Shown: positions 58,443 through 64,000 of the stretch, one piece after another | Position numbering within the stretch: position 1 is the stretch's first letter | Layout: each line of letters opens with the position of its first letter | Source: Candidatus Latescibacterota bacterium | GTDB lineage: Bacteria; Latescibacterota; UBA2968; GCA-2709665 | Reading direction: 5' to 3' | Assembly: GCA_965248435.1 (NCBI GenBank) | Contig: OZ252100.1 | Coordinates: 832,001-896,000 of the forward strand | DNA length: 64,000 nt | Notes under the pieces: model-generated | The model's input: only the letters and a program-made list of their open reading frames with translations | What the model was told of the DNA's origin: nothing | The model's database searches: none | Position numbers and translations under genes: made by a program

Positions 58443-58767
58443 CTTATCCCTCCAAAGGAGCCAATGCAGTGCCTGCTTCAGCGTGTTAATTAGATAATGG
58501 GATCGAAATTTCTTTTGTGAGAGTGTTTTACGGGATCGCAACTAGCATTGCGGACCAAACAAACAAAAGGCCCAACACTGCGTACAGTATCCGTGAACCG
58601 GATAGCAGGCAGTCCGTTGAGCCCGACATCAACGGAGACAAATCCAGTGCCGCTTTGTTACGCGACGATCCCACCCGACAGAGATGCTCCGTATTATCAA
58701 CTCCATATTTTGCTATTAGCCACTATTGGGCTTGTCAAGCACCGAGCGAACCCGTCACGCTGAGTCC

Positions 58768-59127
58768 TCATCTATTCAGCCTGCTCTTTCTAAGACATTC
58801 AAGAAGTTGATTCTGGTCGATCGGCTTCTCAAGGAGATCTGCCCTCCCACCGCGCTCCGCCTCTATGGCCAGATCGTCACTCGCATAGGCAGTGGTCATC
58901 ACGAAAGGCAGATCGGTATTTGTAACGCGGACTTTCTTGAGAAGGGATATCCCATCCAGGCCGGGCATCCGAACGTCGCAGATCACGACGTCAGGCTTCT
59001 GCCGGTTGATGCTTTCGAGGGCCTCGATGCCGTCGCCTGCCGTTTCCGTCTCGTATCCCCGCGCACGTAGATATCTTTCGGTGGCCAAACAGAACGCCGG
59101 ATCGTCATCGACAATCAGAATGCGCAT
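58768..59127 (-). CDS. Single-domain response regulator
   Basis: MRILIVDDD, ICDVRMPGLDG, MTTAY, EKPI; start at ATG 59127. Confidence 0.9.
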   Translation of the reverse strand: MRILIVDDDPAFCLATERYLRARGYETETAGDGIEALESINRQKPDVVICDVRMPGLDGISLLKKVRVTNTDLPFVMTTAYASDDLAIEAERGGRADLLEKPIDQNQLLECLRKSRLNR

Positions 59128-59192
59128 CAGAAAGCTGCCGTCCTCGACACGGTCTCGCTTGATATGGAAGTCAGTTGGGCGCACAAACCGAA

Positions 59193-59208
59193 TGCAACCG
59201 GCGTGCCG
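59193..59208 (-). promoter_or_regulatory. Sigma54 (-24/-12) promoter
   Basis: Minus strand CGGCAC-GCCGG-TTGCA matches TGGCAC-N5-TTGCA; 65 nt upstream of the response regulator start. Confidence 0.75.
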
Positions 59209-59286
59209 CAAGAGGCAGAGCGGAGATAAGGCTGTGAATCGGAAGGGTGTTAAACCAAAAGCGGGATCAGGAGCGCCAATCACTAA

Positions 59287-59336
59287 CGCGCGGAATCGCT
59301 CGAGATGCGGGAAAGGCAGCGCGCGGAATCGCTCGA
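59287..59336. promoter_or_regulatory. Tandem 17 bp direct repeats, putative upstream activator sequences
   Basis: CGCGCGGAATCGCTCGA at 59287-59303 and 59320-59336 (33 bp pitch), 80-130 bp upstream of the -24 box. Confidence 0.68.
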
Positions 59337-59379
59337 ACGGGCGAATTCGCACCGAGCGGGATGACTGGCAGGTGCGGGT

Positions 59380-60810
59380 TTAGGAGGGAAATTCCAGGCT
59401 GTGTGCCTTCATCCTGCGACGAAGCGCGTGGCGGGAAATGCCGAGGATTTGCGAGGCCTGTTCGCGGTTGCCGTCCGTGAGGCGGAGGGCTTTCTGGATT
59501 GTGTCTCGTTCGAGACTGTTGAGATTCATATCGCTGCTGTCGGAAGACTGGATGGCCGAATTCCCGGGTGGATCTTCCGCGTGAATATCAACATCCGTTG
59601 TTCCGCTCCCAAACCGCAGATCGGAAACGCAGATCTTTTCCGTCTCGCAGAGAATGACCGCGCGTTCCACGAGGTTGCGCAGCTCGCGAATATTTCCTGG
59701 AAAGGGGTGCGATCTTAGCAGCGATGCTGCTTCCGAATCGAAGCTGGTCAGGTTCTTTCGGAGCCTGTGGCTGTAGAGGGGCAGGAAGTAATCTGCCACA
59801 GGAAGGATGTCATCCGGCCGATCGCGCAGCGGCGGGATGTGGATGCTGAACGTGTTCAGCCGGTAGACGAGGTCTTCTCTGAAGCGCCCTTCTGTCACGA
59901 GCGAACTCAGGTCGTGATGCGTCGCAGATACGACACGGACGTCCACAGGAAGCTCACTGTCCCCGCCCAGACGTCGGATCCGTCGCGACTCCAGCGTGCG
60001 CAGCAGCTTGACCTGCATCTCGAGAGGCATGTCTCCGATCTCGTCGAGGAAGAGCGTGCCGCCGTCGGCCCGTTCAAAATGACCCTTCCGAGCTCCCTTC
60101 GCATCTGTGTAGGCGCCTTTCTCGTGTCCGTAGAACTCGGCTTCGATGAGGTTGCCGGGTATCGCGGAACAGTCGACGGCGACGAAAGGACCTTCCGAGC
60201 GCCGGCTTTCGACGTGAACGGCGTGAGCGACAAGCTCCTTCCCGGTCCCAGTCTCGCCCGTGATGAGGACGGTCGTATCGTCCGTCTCCGCGATCCGGGT
60301 GATTTGACGCTTCACTTCCCGGATCGCATCGCTCTCTCCTACAATCGCGTGGAGTCCGTAGCGTGCCCTGGCTTCCGAATCGACCTGGGAAAGCCGCTCC
60401 CTGAATCGCTCGTTCTGTCGCTGCAGCTGTTGGACCCTGGCGGTCCGGCTGATGGCCGCATCCAGTTCCTCCACTTTGACCGGCTTCCTGAGGAAGTCGG
60501 ACGCGCCGTCCTTGATCGCGGTCACCGCGCTCTCGATGTCGCCGTAAGCTGTGATCACGATGACCTCAGTGGCGTGCGATCTCTGCTTGACTTCGGCGAG
60601 AACCTCAAGACCGGACATCCCCGGCATCTTGAGATCGGTGATGACCAGATCGACGACCTGGCCGTCCAGGGCCTGCAGCGCCTCTTCGCCGCGGGAGGCG
60701 AGGAGCACGTTGTGTTTGCGCGCTCGGAGGTAGTTGCTCACCGTTCTGCGCACACCCTCGTCATCATCAACGACGAGGATACTCAAGCAAGTTTTGGTGT
60801 CTTCGGACAT
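59380..60810 (-). CDS. Sigma54-dependent response regulator (NtrC/AtoC family; REC-AAA+-Fis HTH)
   Basis: [65 protein letters not shown]. Confidence 0.95.
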   Translation of the reverse strand: MSEDTKTCLSILVVDDDEGVRRTVSNYLRARKHNVLLASRGEEALQALDGQVVDLVITDLKMPGMSGLEVLAEVKQRSHATEVIVITAYGDIESAVTAIKDGASDFLRKPVKVEELDAAISRTARVQQLQRQNERFRERLSQVDSEARARYGLHAIVGESDAIREVKRQITRIAETDDTTVLITGETGTGKELVAHAVHVESRRSEGPFVAVDCSAIPGNLIEAEFYGHEKGAYTDAKGARKGHFERADGGTLFLDEIGDMPLEMQVKLLRTLESRRIRRLGGDSELPVDVRVVSATHHDLSSLVTEGRFREDLVYRLNTFSIHIPPLRDRPDDILPVADYFLPLYSHRLRKNLTSFDSEAASLLRSHPFPGNIRELRNLVERAVILCETEKICVSDLRFGSGTTDVDIHAEDPPGNSAIQSSDSSDMNLNSLERDTIQKALRLTDGNREQASQILGISRHALRRRMKAHSLEFPS

Positions 60811-60826
60811 GGTTTGGCTCGACCGA

Positions 60827-63800
60827 TCAGGCGTCAGAGAGGGGCAGACTCACCTTGAACGTGGTGCCCTCTCCCGCCACACTCGCGCACTCGATCTCAC
60901 CTCCGTGATTCTTCACGATCGCGTAAGAAATGGACAACCCGAGACCGGTACCCTTGTCAGCGGACTTTGTCGTGAAGAACGGTTCGAAGACGCGTCGTCG
61001 ATCTTCCTCAGACATCCCTATTCCGGTGTCTGCCACCTCGAGCGTAACTCGACCATCGTCACTCGCAGTCTTCACCGACAGACATTTGTCTGCGCCGTCC
61101 TCCTGCTCATCTACCGCGTCCCGGGCGTTCCGAAGCAGGTTGAGCACAACCTGTTCGACCTGATTCGGGATCCCGACGACCGGAGGGAGGTCATCCGAGA
61201 GGCCGATTTCGGTCTCGACGTCGTGCTCCCGCAGCTGCGCGGCGATTAGCTTAAGGCTGTCCTGAACGACGCCATTCAGGCAGAACGTACGTGCTGGCTC
61301 ATCCGAGGTGTCACGAGAAAACACCCTTAGATGATCCACAGTACCGGCCATATGATCCACTAGCCGCCTCACGTCCTGCATCATCTGCTTCAGCTCCTCC
61401 TCCCTCAGTTCGATGCCTTCAGACAGTCGCGACGCGATGTCGCCGGCCGTCATCGAAATCGCTGACAGAGGCTGGTTCAGCTCGTGTGCAACACCTGCAG
61501 ACATCTGACCTAAGGAGACGAGTCGCGCCGATTGTAGCAGTTGCATCTCCAGCTCCAGCGCTTCCAATGTATGCGCGAGCTGACCCGTGGTTTCATCCAG
61601 AAGGGCGCGTTCCTGGGACTCGTCCAACCCTGACTGAGAGAAAACCTCGATCGTGCCGCGCGTTCGCCCTCCATAGGCGATCGGACGCGTGTATTGAGCC
61701 TGCCCGTGTCTTCCCAAGGTTCCCCGTTCCACGGACTCTCCCGCGTAGTCGATCCGGACACCGGTATTCGGCCAAGCCGAGAGCGCGTTTGCGATGACCT
61801 CGGCAGCCCCCATAACGGCTTCCTCGGTCGAACGGGCGTTGCCGAGAGCGCCGCGCAGTTCGTATAGATACCGAAACTGCCTCAGCTGCGCGTCATATCG
61901 GAGTGCGTTGCTCAACGACAGGGCCATCTGGGAGCAGATCACGTTCAGTGTGTGCAGACGTTGTTCGGTGAAGACACCCTTCATCTGGTTGTTCTCCAGA
62001 TATAGGACCGCCAGCACTTCCCCCATGTGGACGATCGGCAGACACAGGACCGATTGCGGTTCAGCGGTCCGAAAATACGGGTCGGCTGAAAACAGTTCGC
62101 TGCTGCTGGCCTGCTCCAGGATCACGGGCTCTTTCGTCCTTGAGACGTAACCGACAACGGAATCTGGCCAGAAGATCCCTGTTCTTTCCTGTTTTCCTGT
62201 GTCGGTTTCGACGGCCTTCTCCGCCACGGGTTGCCACGCGCCATGTTCCTTCAGGAGCAGCACTCCACTTTCGGCTCCGGCATTCTCGATGATGATCGAC
62301 ATCGTGCGTTGGAGCATCTCGGCTGCGATTTCCGAGTCCTTGAATGTCTCAGAGGCCTTCAGAATCGAGTCCAGATCGACATCTTCGTGTCTGTCAACAG
62401 AGGCCTGCGTGGTCAGGGCCAGATCGCCGATCCATTCTGGACGCCTCTTTCGAAGGTCCGCCGTCTTCGCGCCGGCTCCCCAGGCGTCATACAGTCGGTA
62501 GGCTTCCCGAAGGTAGACCTCCGCGAGTCTCGGCTTGTCCAACGCTTCGTAGAACTTCGATGCAAGTTCGTTGGCGAGGGCTGCGTCGTTTATGAATCCG
62601 TGATCATTGGCCAGTTTGATGGCCCTATCGTAAAGCTCAGTCGCTTTCCGAATGTGGCCTCGAACCCGTGCCCTTTCGGCCTCGACGAGAAGATGCTTGT
62701 GTCTGAGGTTGGTCGGCGCGTTGGTCGCCCAATTCTGTATTGAACGTTGATTGGCCGCGATTCTCCTGCGACGCCTCGTTTGCTCTTTTGTCGACTGTTC
62801 TGCGTAGTCACAGAGGAGGATGAGCGATTCATAGAAAGGAAAAACGGAAAGGAATATCATGCCCTGGACTCCGTGGGCGTGTTCTCTGGCGTGCTTTGCG
62901 TGGTAGAGTGCCTCTCGTTGTTGACCGAAGAGGTGGCACAGGATGAGTTTGTAGAAGTGAAGCAGGAAGATAAAGTTGCTGTCGCCGCTGGAGAGATGCT
63001 CCTTGAAGGAGCGAGACTCATCGTAGGCCTCGCCGATCATGATGTGAGGCGATTCGGATTTGCCAAGCAGGTTCAGGATGAACTGCCGGCAAAAGTTGTT
63101 GAGCAGCGGAGCCATTACCTGGTTGTGACGATACATAAATGAAATGTCGGCCGAAACCTCCCGATTCAGGTCCCTGAGCTCGCGCCCGATCAAAGCGGAG
63201 TAGGTGCTGTAGAAACACATCAGACGTGTCGCAAGCTCGATGTCGCCAACCTCTGTGCACGCGGCGATGCCTCCGCGAATATGCTTTATGGAATCAGACC
63301 ACGGCTCGTTCCACGGCGCTATGAATGCGTAAACAGGAAAATCGATCCGGGGCTGGGCCTCGCTCGCACCAAGCTGTCGCGCAAGGGTCGATGCAAGAAG
63401 GCCCATACGGTTGGCAATGTTGGCCAGCCTGATATCCTGATGGCCGGCTGTGGACATGCCAATCTGACTGAACGCGATCGCCGAATAGGCCGAATGGCCT
63501 TCTTCGATCGAATTTCGTACCAATCTCGCATTCATCAGACGAAATAGACCGACATGCCTCTGATAGCTCGCCCCGGCCAGGTTAGTGATAAGACGGTGCA
63601 CCGCGACCTTCTCTGGATCCGTAGTCTCCGGGGCTCCGAGGATCTCTTCGTTGCTCATCTGTTCCAGCAGCGCGACGACCGCATCGAATTCGGCCTCGAT
63701 CTCCCGTTCATCGGGCTGCAGGGGCAGGACCAGTCCCAGCAATTTCCCGGCTTCTAGGCCGGTCTTCACCGCCTCATCGTGCTCGTACCTAACGATGGAA

Positions 63801-64000
63801 ACCATCACTCTTAACTCGAGCGCCCTCGCTCGATCAAGGTCTGCGTGCGCGTTGCCCAAAATTGCGCAGACCAGGGGCTCCACGGCATCGTAATCGTTGT
63901 CCGCAAAAGCGGCCTCAGCGGCCCCCTGGTGAAGCGCCAAAGTGAGGGTGTAGGCACTCTTCCATCCGTCGGCAGGCAGGAAGCGAAGCCCCGCTCTGAA
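60827..64000 (-). CDS. Large multidomain sensor histidine kinase (TPR-like helical region, GAF, HisKA, HATPase) of the Ser/Thr kinase-AAA-GAF-HK type; 5' end beyond the window
   Basis: Frame is open to 64000 (FRAGLRFLPADGWKSAYTLTLALH...). W...AP.N..HK..LVEAERAR, Y..WGA.AK, SVLCLPI...LYLENN, GVAHELNQPL, NARDA, GTGLGL. Confidence 0.9.
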   Translation of the reverse strand, partial: FRAGLRFLPADGWKSAYTLTLALHQGAAEAAFADNDYDAVEPLVCAILGNAHADLDRARALELRVMVSIVRYEHDEAVKTGLEAGKLLGLVLPLQPDEREIEAEFDAVVALLEQMSNEEILGAPETTDPEKVAVHRLITNLAGASYQRHVGLFRLMNARLVRNSIEEGHSAYSAIAFSQIGMSTAGHQDIRLANIANRMGLLASTLARQLGASEAQPRIDFPVYAFIAPWNEPWSDSIKHIRGGIAACTEVGDIELATRLMCFYSTYSALIGRELRDLNREVSADISFMYRHNQVMAPLLNNFCRQFILNLLGKSESPHIMIGEAYDESRSFKEHLSSGDSNFIFLLHFYKLILCHLFGQQREALYHAKHAREHAHGVQGMIFLSVFPFYESLILLCDYAEQSTKEQTRRRRRIAANQRSIQNWATNAPTNLRHKHLLVEAERARVRGHIRKATELYDRAIKLANDHGFINDAALANELASKFYEALDKPRLAEVYLREAYRLYDAWGAGAKTADLRKRRPEWIGDLALTTQASVDRHEDVDLDSILKASETFKDSEIAAEMLQRTMSIIIENAGAESGVLLLKEHGAWQPVAEKAVETDTGKQERTGIFWPDSVVGYVSRTKEPVILEQASSSELFSADPYFRTAEPQSVLCLPIVHMGEVLAVLYLENNQMKGVFTEQRLHTLNVICSQMALSLSNALRYDAQLRQFRYLYELRGALGNARSTEEAVMGAAEVIANALSAWPNTGVRIDYAGESVERGTLGRHGQAQYTRPIAYGGRTRGTIEVFSQSGLDESQERALLDETTGQLAHTLEALELEMQLLQSARLVSLGQMSAGVAHELNQPLSAISMTAGDIASRLSEGIELREEELKQMMQDVRRLVDHMAGTVDHLRVFSRDTSDEPARTFCLNGVVQDSLKLIAAQLREHDVETEIGLSDDLPPVVGIPNQVEQVVLNLLRNARDAVDEQEDGADKCLSVKTASDDGRVTLEVADTGIGMSEEDRRRVFEPFFTTKSADKGTGLGLSISYAIVKNHGGEIECASVAGEGTTFKVSLPLSDA

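Noticed and set aside
58455-58475. Second sigma54 promoter (AGGCAC-N5-TGGC) before the giant gene
   Set aside because: Imperfect -12 box, and the implied start site would fall inside the ribosome-binding site.

Overview
A 64 kb gene-dense bacterial window with no rRNA, tRNA, CRISPR array or intact transposase. The C-terminal 'PNPFNP...WDG.D..G..VSSG.Y.Y.L' (FlgD-Ig/T9SS-like) tails suggest an FCB-group organism such as Latescibacterota (inference). Contents in order: (1) alkC (cut by the window edge), a PafA-like phosphatase and a flavodoxin-like reductase. (2) A signalling-rich block at about 3.7-25.6 kb with two paralogous GAF-PAS hybrid kinases, a CusRS-like pair plus a REC-AraC regulator facing an ankyrin/TonB-receptor/PepSY operon, and two tandem 'outer-membrane channel + phosphate-type binding protein + membrane kinase' cassettes, one of them decayed. 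(3) A xanthine-dehydrogenase-family LMS operon coupled to a radical SAM/SPASM gene, followed by a CDP-alcohol phosphotransferase and a DUF3047-like gene. (4) A Cys-rich AbrB-fold regulator with arsM, a REP-bracketed vapBC, an ABC-F gene and putA. (5) A frameshifted SBBP-propeller gene and a ~4290 aa repeat-rich surface protein. (6) A sigma54 module (-24/-12 promoter, tandem 17-bp enhancer repeats, NtrC-like activator, large GAF sensor kinase cut by the edge). The best leads for something new are the ArsR-less AbrB-type putative arsenic sensor in front of arsM, the permease-less channel/binding-protein/kinase cassettes, the molybdoenzyme-radical SAM coupling with an unusual AYRAPCAPQ loop, the REP-bounded toxin-antitoxin cassette, and a recently amplified five-blade repeat domain in the giant protein. 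All functional calls come from motif recognition by eye; no database search was run.
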